64,000 nucleotides of DNA from Bacilli bacterium (lineage in GTDB: Bacteria; Bacillota_I; Bacilli_A; RF39; UBA660). Of this stretch, positions 1 to 8,346 are shown in pieces. The position numbers and the translations under genes are program-made. Under the pieces are notes generated by a model. The model did no database searches, was not told where the DNA came from, and saw only the letters and a program-made list of their open reading frames with translations. How positions within the stretch are numbered: position 1 is the first letter of the stretch; each line of letters opens with the position of its first letter. The stretch spans positions 141-64,140 of the forward strand of contig JAEDMO010000001.1 of NCBI GenBank assembly GCA_016302935.1, read 5' to 3'.

Positions 1-186
1 CAACCTTGTTCGGATTTGCAAATAGAAAGTGACATTAATGAGTTTATTAAGAAAATAGATATAAGTAAAGAGAAATTTGATGAAGTTATTAATGATAAGA
101 ATTACCATAGCCATTATGACTTTAAAACAGATAAATCAAAGAACATTATTTTCAATAAAATTAGAAGGGTTTTAGGGAAAAAATAA
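1..186 (+). CDS. 3' end of an upstream CDS (C-terminal fragment, product unknown)
   Basis: The open frame runs from the window edge to TAA at 184-186 and sits directly upstream of the epimerase gene. It could belong to a polysaccharide-biosynthesis operon, but that is a guess. Confidence 0.3.
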   Translation, partial: QPCSDLQIESDINEFIKKIDISKEKFDEVINDKNYHSHYDFKTDKSKNIIFNKIRRVLGKK

Positions 187-188
187 TT

Positions 189-1274
189 ATGAAAAAAATT
201 ATAACTATAGTTGGGGCTAGGCCACAATTTATTAAAGCTGCAATGGTTTCTAGAGAGATAAGAAAAAAATTTAAGGAGATTATTGTTCATACAGGGCAGC
301 ATTATGATAGTAATATGTCTGACATATTTTTTAAGCAGTTAAATATTCCAATGCCAGATTATAATTTGGGTGTTGGTTCTGGTACTCATGCGGTACAAAC
401 TGGTAATATGCTTATTGAAATTGAAAAAATTTTATTAAAAGAAAAACCTGATTATGTTTTGGTGTATGGAGATACTAATTCTACTTTAGCAGGAGCTCTT
501 GCGGCTTCTAAGTTATTAATTCCTGTAATACACGTTGAAGCAGGGTTAAGATCATTTAATATGAATATGCCTGAAGAACAAAATAGGGTTCTTACTGACC
601 ATATTTCTAGTGTGTTATTTTGTCCTACTGATGTTGCAGTTACTAATTTGTTAAAAGAAAACATTAATAATAATGTATTTAATGTTGGAGATGTTATGTG
701 TGATTCAGTTCTTCATTTTTCTAAATTAGCTTGTACTACTATTAATAAAGATAATATTGATTTAACTCCAATATATGATAAAAAGAATATAGATAAATGG
801 TATTTAACTACTATTCATAGAGCAGAAAATACACATGATGAGAAGAATATAAGTAATATTCTTAAGGTATTAAATAATTTGGATAGTATGGTTATCTTCC
901 CAGTGCATCCTAGAATTAGAAATATCATCGATGATTTATATAAAGCTAATCATTATGATAATATTTATTTTGTTGAACCAGTTGATTATTTAACTATGTT
1001 ATATTTAACTAAGAATGCGATTAAGGTTGTTACAGATTCTGGTGGATTACAAAAAGAATGTTATATATTAGATGTACCTTGTATAACTGTTAGAGATCAA
1101 ACTGAGTGGGTAGAAACACTTATAGATGGTTATAATGTTTTATCTACTCCTATGTATGATGATTTATATGGTAAGATTATTAATGCTAAAATAGTACATA
1201 ATGAAAAGGTAAATTACTATGGAGATGGTAATGCTTCAGAAAAGATATGTAATATTTTAAAGAAACTTGATTAA
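189..1274 (+). CDS. wecB: UDP-N-acetylglucosamine 2-epimerase (non-hydrolysing)
   Basis: 361 aa. N-terminus MKKIITIVGARPQFIKAAMV and the HTGQHYD motif are classic for the WecB/MnaA epimerase family. Full-length ORF. Confidence 0.9.
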   Translation: MKKIITIVGARPQFIKAAMVSREIRKKFKEIIVHTGQHYDSNMSDIFFKQLNIPMPDYNLGVGSGTHAVQTGNMLIEIEKILLKEKPDYVLVYGDTNSTLAGALAASKLLIPVIHVEAGLRSFNMNMPEEQNRVLTDHISSVLFCPTDVAVTNLLKENINNNVFNVGDVMCDSVLHFSKLACTTINKDNIDLTPIYDKKNIDKWYLTTIHRAENTHDEKNISNILKVLNNLDSMVIFPVHPRIRNIIDDLYKANHYDNIYFVEPVDYLTMLYLTKNAIKVVTDSGGLQKECYILDVPCITVRDQTEWVETLIDGYNVLSTPMYDDLYGKIINAKIVHNEKVNYYGDGNASEKICNILKKLD

Positions 1275-1281
1275 TAAAAAT

Positions 1282-1331
1282 AAAACTCATTTAAATTACT
1301 TTGATTTGAAAGTATTTAAATTGAGTTTTTT
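1282..1331. terminator. Bidirectional intrinsic terminator between convergent genes
   Basis: Imperfect inverted repeat aaaactcatttaaat ... atttaaattgagtttt followed by a T-run, with an A-run on the other side. Lies between wecB (+) and the glycosidase gene (-). Confidence 0.45.
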
Positions 1332-1348
1332 ATTATTTAAATTTGATT

Positions 1349-2362
1349 CTATTTTAATATCCATGCATTAGGTAGGTTACGTCCTCCTTCGCCTTCTTGT
1401 GTTGAAGGGGTGCTTATGTATTTACCTTCTGCATACATGACTGAAGAGTTACCTCCATCTAGATTACATGCGTTGTATGCACCATATCTTAATAGGAGGT
1501 TTGCCATTTGTTTTGCACTCATTCCAAGTATTCCTTTTCCATATTGTCTTCCGTCTGATACTAGTAATAGTACTATGCCATCTTGTCTTTGAGCTATCGC
1601 AGTTCTTTGAGCTTTACCTAGGCCTCCATCACCTTTGAATTGAGCCATTTTGCCATTGATAATTAAGAATGGGCCAAATTCTACGGCATCTACTAAGTTA
1701 TATTTGTTAATAGCGTCTTCTGGTTCATCTGTTGTTAATATCAATATGTGGTCTTTGTTGAATCCTACTATACCTCCGTTGCCTCCTCCGATTGCTTCAT
1801 TGTCATAAATTATTTTGCCATCCATAATTACGGCGCCGGTTGGAATTTTTGTTCTGTTTCTACCAAATAAGTAGCCACTGGCATTCATCGCGATTTTAGC
1901 ATCATAATATTCTGCTATTTCATCTATTTTTTGTTTACCTTTATTAGTTGATGCTACTAGTTCTACTCTTGATGGGTCATATATTACTGCTAAAAAAGCT
2001 TTATAACCATCTTCTTCTATTGTTATTATTTTGTATAAATCGTTGTCCTTATCTTTTTTTAATATTTGTTCTTCATAAATGGATGAATATGTGGTTTGTT
2101 CTTTTATCTCTCCTATTTTTATAGCAGAGGTATCTATTTTGTTAGTTAACCCTATTACTTCGTTATTTTTAAGAACATCATTTATCATTGAATCTGTATA
2201 AAATGTTCTTGCAATATATTTGTGGCTCATCGTTGACATTGCATTAGTTACAAGGAAATCTTTGATAAAAGTAAATGGACCATAGAAAAGGAATAAGCAT
2301 ATTATTGCAAGTGAATCTAATATTATGAATGTTATTACCCATTTTTTTGTTTTCTTTTTCAT
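1349..2362 (-). CDS. Phosphodiester glycosidase family protein (NAGPA-like), N-terminal membrane anchor
   Basis: 337 aa. N-terminal TM helix. C-terminal region reads AQRTAIAQRQDGIVLLLVSDGRQ ... NLDGGNSS, typical of the phosphodiester glycosidase (DUF2233/NAGPA) domain. Confidence 0.55.
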   Translation of the reverse strand: MKKKTKKWVITFIILDSLAIICLFLFYGPFTFIKDFLVTNAMSTMSHKYIARTFYTDSMINDVLKNNEVIGLTNKIDTSAIKIGEIKEQTTYSSIYEEQILKKDKDNDLYKIITIEEDGYKAFLAVIYDPSRVELVASTNKGKQKIDEIAEYYDAKIAMNASGYLFGRNRTKIPTGAVIMDGKIIYDNEAIGGGNGGIVGFNKDHILILTTDEPEDAINKYNLVDAVEFGPFLIINGKMAQFKGDGGLGKAQRTAIAQRQDGIVLLLVSDGRQYGKGILGMSAKQMANLLLRYGAYNACNLDGGNSSVMYAEGKYISTPSTQEGEGGRNLPNAWILK

Positions 2363-2369
2363 TTTATCA

Positions 2370-3773
2370 CTACCTTCCTATTATGTAAGGACTATCTATA
2401 GTTCCTTCGCCGGATAATGCTATTAAACTGCCATCTAAGTATATTACGGGACGTAGCTTTGATTTTTGATCTATTTTAGAAGTATATAAATTATATTCGC
2501 TATTTATTGTGTATAAGATATTATCCATATGGTCAGTAATGGCTAGCATAGTTAATACATCACTGTATGTATTTAGGTATAAATCTCCAACTTGTGGAAG
2601 TCCTACATATGTATCTATACTATCTTTATATACTAATCTATAGTCATATTCGTCAGTTTCATATTTTCCAGTATAAAATGGACCTTTTACTAAATATTCT
2701 TTGTTTTCTAATGTTTCATAATAATCATTATTTAAGAAGTATCCTATATTATAGTTTTTGGTTGGATTGTAGGTATTGTTTTTAGTTGAAAATATTTTTT
2801 CTATTGCTTTTTCTTCTTCTAGTATGTTACCTTCCAAGGCTACTTTAACTGAAGAAGCTGTTTTTGAAATAATACGCCAAGTTCTGCCACTATACTCAAG
2901 GTATTCACCTACACCAACATTTATTAGTTTATAGTCATCGTATTCATCTATATAGTATGGTTTTTGTATAGTACCATCACCACTATTTAAAATTAGGTCT
3001 CCTTTTATGGTAATTACTGGTCTTATTCCATAGTGATGTTTGTTATATTCAGAGGTAGTATTTATCCCACCTTTATCAAATACATAATATAATTCATTAT
3101 TTTGGTTAAAATCCATTAGCCAGAAATATGTGTTGTTGTTTAAAAAACCTTCATTGGCACCTGAATTTAGATAATCTTTTAAGTTTAATAAAGTTATTTG
3201 ATAATCTGATTTTGTAGCCTCACAGGTTACATTTTCTGTACTGGTAACTGTATCTTCACAATATTGTGTGTTTACTAAAATATCAGTATTATTTAGAGTT
3301 TTATAAAATAGTGAATATTCATCTATGTTATTTAAATAGTTATATAAATATGAATTTTGATATTCAATATCTTCACCATAAGGCATAAGTGTTTGTATTT
3401 CTTCACTAATTAGTACTATATTTTTATCTTTAGTTGTTTTTATAATACGCCATAATCTTCCAGAATAATATACAAAATTATTTTCTACCTGTCCCTTAAA
3501 ATAATATGTATTATCTTCATTTTTTATAAGACCATTTTCTTTTTGAATGAGAATGTCATCTTCTGGTAGGTATGTTAGTAGATGGTTATAAATTGAAATT
3601 GGCTCTGATATTTCGGTATCATCTACTATATTTGCTTCTAATCTATAATAATGTATAAATCTATAACCATATATAATAAAAAGAGAAGCAAGGGATACGA
3701 TGCTTATGGCTATAAATATTTTGTCTTTTCTAATTACTCTTCTCATAATTCTCCTTTTAAGCTCCAAAATCAT
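2370..3773 (-). CDS. Membrane-anchored protein of unknown function with internally duplicated extracellular domain
   Basis: 467 aa. N-terminal TM. Two ~210-aa repeats that each begin Y..GR.WRII and end RPVI..G.L...SG(D/E)GTI..PY.I. Overlaps the DUF4956 gene by 17 nt, so probably co-transcribed with it. Confidence 0.5.
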   Translation of the reverse strand: MILELKRRIMRRVIRKDKIFIAISIVSLASLFIIYGYRFIHYYRLEANIVDDTEISEPISIYNHLLTYLPEDDILIQKENGLIKNEDNTYYFKGQVENNFVYYSGRLWRIIKTTKDKNIVLISEEIQTLMPYGEDIEYQNSYLYNYLNNIDEYSLFYKTLNNTDILVNTQYCEDTVTSTENVTCEATKSDYQITLLNLKDYLNSGANEGFLNNNTYFWLMDFNQNNELYYVFDKGGINTTSEYNKHHYGIRPVITIKGDLILNSGDGTIQKPYYIDEYDDYKLINVGVGEYLEYSGRTWRIISKTASSVKVALEGNILEEEKAIEKIFSTKNNTYNPTKNYNIGYFLNNDYYETLENKEYLVKGPFYTGKYETDEYDYRLVYKDSIDTYVGLPQVGDLYLNTYSDVLTMLAITDHMDNILYTINSEYNLYTSKIDQKSKLRPVIYLDGSLIALSGEGTIDSPYIIGR

Positions 3774-4428
3774 TTTGATAACTTATAACACTTGCACTTA
3801 TTATGCCTTCTACATTTTTAAATTTGTCTAATATTTCGGTATGGTTATCTTTTAATTCTACTTCAAAGGTTGTTTCTATAATATCTTTGGTAACAGATTT
3901 ACTTTTTAGTTTGTGTTTTGGCAATTTATTAATGTATTTCATTACTTGTTCATCCATATTTAATTCATATTTTACAACAAATAAATACTTGCTATTTTTC
4001 TTAAATCCTAGGGAATAACTAACAAAGTATAGTAAGCCTAATGCTACTGATGATATTATGGCGATTAGGTAAAGACCTGCTCCAGACATAATACCAATTG
4101 TAATAGCCCAAAACATAAAGGCTGTATCTACTGGTTCTTTAACGGCTGTTCTAAAACGAACGATGGATAATGCTCCGACCATCCCTAATGATAAAGCTAA
4201 GTTGGAATTAATTGTTCTGATAATCAACGATGTAACCATACCAAGTAGCATTAAACATAATGCAAATGATTTGGAATAAACTACTCCGTTATATGTTTTT
4301 TTATAAACATATATGATAAATAAACCGATGATAAAGGCCGTTATTAATGATAAGGCCATATCCGTTATACTTACTGTGCCCGTAAATTCATTTAAGACAC
4401 TTTTTTTTATTAAATCTACAAATCCCAT
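3757..4428 (-). CDS. DUF4956 domain membrane protein
   Basis: 223 aa, multi-TM. Sequence character and adjacency to VTC-domain and CotH genes match the conserved DUF4956-VTC-CotH triad. Confidence 0.6.
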   Translation of the reverse strand: MGFVDLIKKSVLNEFTGTVSITDMALSLITAFIIGLFIIYVYKKTYNGVVYSKSFALCLMLLGMVTSLIIRTINSNLALSLGMVGALSIVRFRTAVKEPVDTAFMFWAITIGIMSGAGLYLIAIISSVALGLLYFVSYSLGFKKNSKYLFVVKYELNMDEQVMKYINKLPKHKLKSKSVTKDIIETTFEVELKDNHTEILDKFKNVEGIISASVISYQNDFGA

Positions 4429-4440
4429 TTCTATACTCCT

Positions 4441-5121
4441 TTATTTTAAATTTCTGCAGGTAGCAAATTTTGAATATGCTTCCCTATTTAATGATACTGT
4501 TGATAATATAATAGCTATCATCTCAGGTAATATTTCATTATATTTTACTTCTAAAACTAGATAATCGTCATCTATGACACTAGCATAATTAACACTTTTG
4601 TCAAAAAGATCATAATTATACACTCCAGATTTTATTTCGCTATCAAAAGTTATTCTAACTTCTGAAACTGGATATGTATAGGCTAATCTTTTATAATCAA
4701 CTATTACTGAAGGGGCTAGTTTTTTAGTCTTCATATCGATTATAAATTTTTTTAAGATATCGTTTTTGGATATATCTATATCATCAATATTACCATTTAT
4801 TATTTTACTACAAATCTCTTTGGTTATCAATACTGATTCTTTACTAGTCATGTTATTATGTTTGTATTTGCATTCTAATCTGATGAAATTGTCATCTTGA
4901 TTATAGATTCTAATTCTATATTTTTTTCGATATTCTACTCCATCTAATTTTTCGTAGTAAGCGGTATTTTGTGGATCGTCAAAGTAGAGCGATCTTATTT
5001 GATATGTATTATCTTCATTATATGAATTTTTATCTATATCCATGATAGTTTTTAATTTTTGTTTTAATATTTCACCAGTGTTTTTGCTGATCATATATTT
5101 TATCTCGTGTCTATATTTCAT
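4441..5121 (-). CDS. VTC domain (polyphosphate polymerase domain-like) protein
   Basis: 226 aa. MKYRHEIKY ... YRKKYRIRIYN ... LECKYKH resembles the VTC/CYTH-like domain. Overlaps the CotH gene stop/start by 4 nt. Confidence 0.65.
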   Translation of the reverse strand: MKYRHEIKYMISKNTGEILKQKLKTIMDIDKNSYNEDNTYQIRSLYFDDPQNTAYYEKLDGVEYRKKYRIRIYNQDDNFIRLECKYKHNNMTSKESVLITKEICSKIINGNIDDIDISKNDILKKFIIDMKTKKLAPSVIVDYKRLAYTYPVSEVRITFDSEIKSGVYNYDLFDKSVNYASVIDDDYLVLEVKYNEILPEMIAIILSTVSLNREAYSKFATCRNLK

Positions 5122-7994
5122 AATAAATCACCAAAATACTTTTTCATTTCAGATTCACTTAATCCAAAGAAAGATTTTGTTTGATTTAACATTATTGGTG
5201 TTCTTTTTTTGATATAGTTCCTTAATCTGTTTACATTGTCTTCCCAATTTTCCATAGTTATATTCCATCTTTCACAATTTCTAGGCATTTCTTTTTTATA
5301 TATTTGATATAATTCTTCTAATTTTTTGCTTAGTTTTTCATAAGTCCATATGTTGTTTAGGTTGTAGGATAATCTTTCTACATATCTTTTTTTGAATTCA
5401 TTATTTTTCATTAAATTTCTTAATACTGTGGTAGGTATTTGAAGTCTACTCATTGGGGTTGCACTAGTTGAAAATATATAGTAATTTTTAGTTACATTAA
5501 ACATCGCCCAATCTAAGTCGTAGAAGATAGCTCGCATTTTTCCATCATTAATATCCGGATGAGAATAAAATCTAGCATTTACTATATCGTTATTGGTGGT
5601 GTATGTTTCGGCAATCCAAAAATCTATTATGCTATCTATATCTATTTTTGTTTTTATGTATTCGTAATTTTTTTGATCTGCCATATTATGGTTACTTAGA
5701 TAGTTAACTATTTCTTTATACCAAGTGGTGCTTCCACATGTGACATTATTATCTATCCTTGTGATGTTTACTTTATCTTCAGATACATTATAGTGGTTTG
5801 CTATAAATTCTGATTCTATTTTTTCTCTAATATTATATATTCCCCAGTATGTTCCATTAATATATAGTATGATTGTTTTATACGCTTGAACTTCTACTGT
5901 TTCTAGTTCTTCTAATGTTGAGGTCATAAAAATATCAGCGAAAGCTGCATATTCATAATCTGTTGATGCACTTCTTAAAACCAAGGTATCAAATGAAGAA
6001 AAGTCTCTGTTATTAAAAACTTGGTAATTTAATTTACTAGCACCATATTCGCTTCTAAACTTTAATTGAAAGCTTTTTTTGGGTAATCCTCTAGTAGTGC
6101 CTCCGAATAGTTTTATTCCACATGGAATGCTGAATGAACTATTTTCTTCAAATAGTTCCGCGTATGCTGTTCTTTCTACTTCCCCACTATAGGTATTACT
6201 TTGAATTCTATTAAAATCTGATTGTTTTAATGATAAAGATAAAACTGGCAGAGTATGATTTTCATTTATTATGTATGATGAGGTAACTACCTCGCTCGGT
6301 AATTTATTATCTTCATAGCTTACTACTTTTAAAACACTAGTCTTGTTTAAAAAAATGGGACTGTTATATTTTTTAGATGATCTATTTGGAATGCTTCCAT
6401 CTAACGTATAATATATTGTCCCATTACCTTTTATTTCTATGCTAATATTTTGTACATCATTATATATTCCAGGAGCTACATTAATAATTGGTGTGTATGC
6501 TATTTGGTTTGTCCCGTTTTTGTTTTGGCTTTTTGGGGTGGGATTGCTGAAATAATATATTCCCGATTTTGTTCCTCTTCCCATACTGTAGCCAAGAGGA
6601 ACATTAGCAATGAAAATAGAATCTATTATTTTGTTATCTTTGGTTAAGTAAAGGCTTTCTATTTCAGATAATTTAAAATTTGTATGTTTGTACGTATTAT
6701 TGGATAAGTTGGTATCCCCAGAAGCCATTACTACATAGTACCCTCCAGGTTTTAGTGAAACATCTGGAAGATTATACATCGTTTTTAGATTATCGTTTGT
6801 GGTTAGATAGTAATCTTTTAGATTGATTGTTTTTTGTGTGTTATTTTTTAATTCTATCCAGTCGTAGTAATTACCTCCATTTTGAGGTAGGTACTCATTA
6901 TTTTGGTTCATAACTTCACTAATAATTAAATCGTTAGGATTGGTTAGATTTTTTTCATTAAAATTTTTTATACCACTGTTATTATTAGGGTAGCCGGGAG
7001 TTATATTATTGCTTATGTAATACTCTTCATTTTCATATATTAAGGCCATACCATTGGCTACTTGGTCATATTCTACTATATCTACTATTTTGTTGCCATT
7101 ACTTAATACTACTTCTCCAGTTTTTTCGGTTAATTTAAATCCAGTATAATTGTTTGAAACGCTACTTGTTGCAGTATAAAAAACATATACTTCTCCACTT
7201 TTTAGTGATATATCTGGTAATTTATAAGTAAATGGATGCTTAGTTGAATTTGATAGACTGTAAGTTTTTAGGTTAACTGTATTTTTGGATATATTAATTA
7301 TTTCGATATATCCTTCTAATTTACCGTTTTCATTTATGAAATTTCCTTTATTTCTTGGTAATATTTCATTTATTTTTATTTTATTTTCTTCGCTTTTTAG
7401 GCTATTTATATAATTTTCATAGCCTTGTTTTGTGTTAGGAAAACCTGGGGTTGGTAAATCTGATGTATATAGATTGCCGTTTAGATCCCTAGCGATTGTT
7501 TCGTTTTTATCAAGAGGCGTTACGGTAATGGCATCTATTACTTTACCATTAGCTTTGGTTAATACAAGCGTTTCTCCACCTTTTGAACTTAATCTAAAGT
7601 TAGCGTATAATCCTTCTTTTTTTTCACCGCATAGATTTATTATCAAATATTCTTTGGCTTTTATAATTGTTTCTGGAAATACCCATTTTATTTTACTTTT
7701 ATCGTCAGATAATCCATAATTTTTTAAGTTAATGTCATAATTATTCCCATTATAAAGTTCAACCCAATCATATTGGTTGCCATCTACATCGGCATATGTT
7801 CCTTTATTAGAAGACATGATTTCATTAATTATTAATTTGTTAATCTTTGATTCGCCATCGGGTTCATTTTCTTTAATCGTCAATTTTTTATTTGTATCAG
7901 TATCAATTGCTATTCCCACTATTATACCTAACACCACAACAGATAGGCATATTATGATAAAATGTAGGTTGTTTTTTAAAAATTTTGTATTCAT
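5118..7994 (-). CDS. CotH kinase family protein with three lamin-tail domains and a chitobiase/hexosaminidase-C-like domain
   Basis: 958 aa. N-terminal TM. Three repeats of the INE(I/V)M...YDW(V/I)EL(Y/K)N type (lamin-tail domain). A GIYNDVQNISIEIKGNGTIYYTLDGSIP segment (CHB_HEX_C-like). C-terminal half reads as a CotH domain. Confidence 0.75.
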   Translation of the reverse strand: MNTKFLKNNLHFIIICLSVVVLGIIVGIAIDTDTNKKLTIKENEPDGESKINKLIINEIMSSNKGTYADVDGNQYDWVELYNGNNYDINLKNYGLSDDKSKIKWVFPETIIKAKEYLIINLCGEKKEGLYANFRLSSKGGETLVLTKANGKVIDAITVTPLDKNETIARDLNGNLYTSDLPTPGFPNTKQGYENYINSLKSEENKIKINEILPRNKGNFINENGKLEGYIEIINISKNTVNLKTYSLSNSTKHPFTYKLPDISLKSGEVYVFYTATSSVSNNYTGFKLTEKTGEVVLSNGNKIVDIVEYDQVANGMALIYENEEYYISNNITPGYPNNNSGIKNFNEKNLTNPNDLIISEVMNQNNEYLPQNGGNYYDWIELKNNTQKTINLKDYYLTTNDNLKTMYNLPDVSLKPGGYYVVMASGDTNLSNNTYKHTNFKLSEIESLYLTKDNKIIDSIFIANVPLGYSMGRGTKSGIYYFSNPTPKSQNKNGTNQIAYTPIINVAPGIYNDVQNISIEIKGNGTIYYTLDGSIPNRSSKKYNSPIFLNKTSVLKVVSYEDNKLPSEVVTSSYIINENHTLPVLSLSLKQSDFNRIQSNTYSGEVERTAYAELFEENSSFSIPCGIKLFGGTTRGLPKKSFQLKFRSEYGASKLNYQVFNNRDFSSFDTLVLRSASTDYEYAAFADIFMTSTLEELETVEVQAYKTIILYINGTYWGIYNIREKIESEFIANHYNVSEDKVNITRIDNNVTCGSTTWYKEIVNYLSNHNMADQKNYEYIKTKIDIDSIIDFWIAETYTTNNDIVNARFYSHPDINDGKMRAIFYDLDWAMFNVTKNYYIFSTSATPMSRLQIPTTVLRNLMKNNEFKKRYVERLSYNLNNIWTYEKLSKKLEELYQIYKKEMPRNCERWNITMENWEDNVNRLRNYIKKRTPIMLNQTKSFFGLSESEMKKYFGDLL

Positions 7995-8067
7995 ATAATT
8001 CCTCCTTACATTCTATTCTTACTTTATAATATTATCACAATGTGACATTTTTTTCAAGGTGAATAGA

Positions 8068-8090
8068 AAAAAAGTCCTAAATTTTAGGAT
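8068..8090 (-). terminator. Intrinsic terminator after the 74-aa gene
   Basis: tcctaaa/tttagga hairpin overlapping the stop codon, followed on the - strand by a T-run (an A-run on the + strand). Confidence 0.45.
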
Positions 8091-8308
8091 TTATAGATGA
8101 CTTTCTTTTTATTTTCTTCTTGTAGTCTAGCAAGATAATCTTTTTTTACTGTTATTGCAGAATGTATTAGTTTGTGGTCTTTATCATATTCTAAAATACT
8201 ACTTCTTACTGACTCTTCTTCTGTTTCAACTTCGTTATCATTTTCATCATAGTAAAATATGCAAGTGTATTCCCCGCCATTGGGAGTAGGTCCTTTAATT
8301 TCTTTCAT
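8084..8308 (-). CDS. Small acidic hypothetical protein (candidate immunity/partner of the upstream large protein)
   Basis: 74 aa. Starts 38 bp downstream of the 842-aa gene and is followed by a terminator. No recognisable family. Confidence 0.4.
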   Translation of the reverse strand: MKEIKGPTPNGGEYTCIFYYDENDNEVETEEESVRSSILEYDKDHKLIHSAITVKKDYLARLQEENKKKVIYKS

Positions 8309-8346
8309 GTTATCTTTTATTCCTTTCTTTTATTCAATTTTGCTAA

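Noticed and set aside
8000-8060. TCACAATGTGACA near-palindrome upstream of the CotH operon, as a possible CRP/Fnr-type site
   Set aside because: It is not a true palindrome (TCACAATGTGA vs TCACATTGTGA) and stands alone. A plausible TTGAAA-17-TAATAT promoter overlaps it, which explains the sequence well enough.
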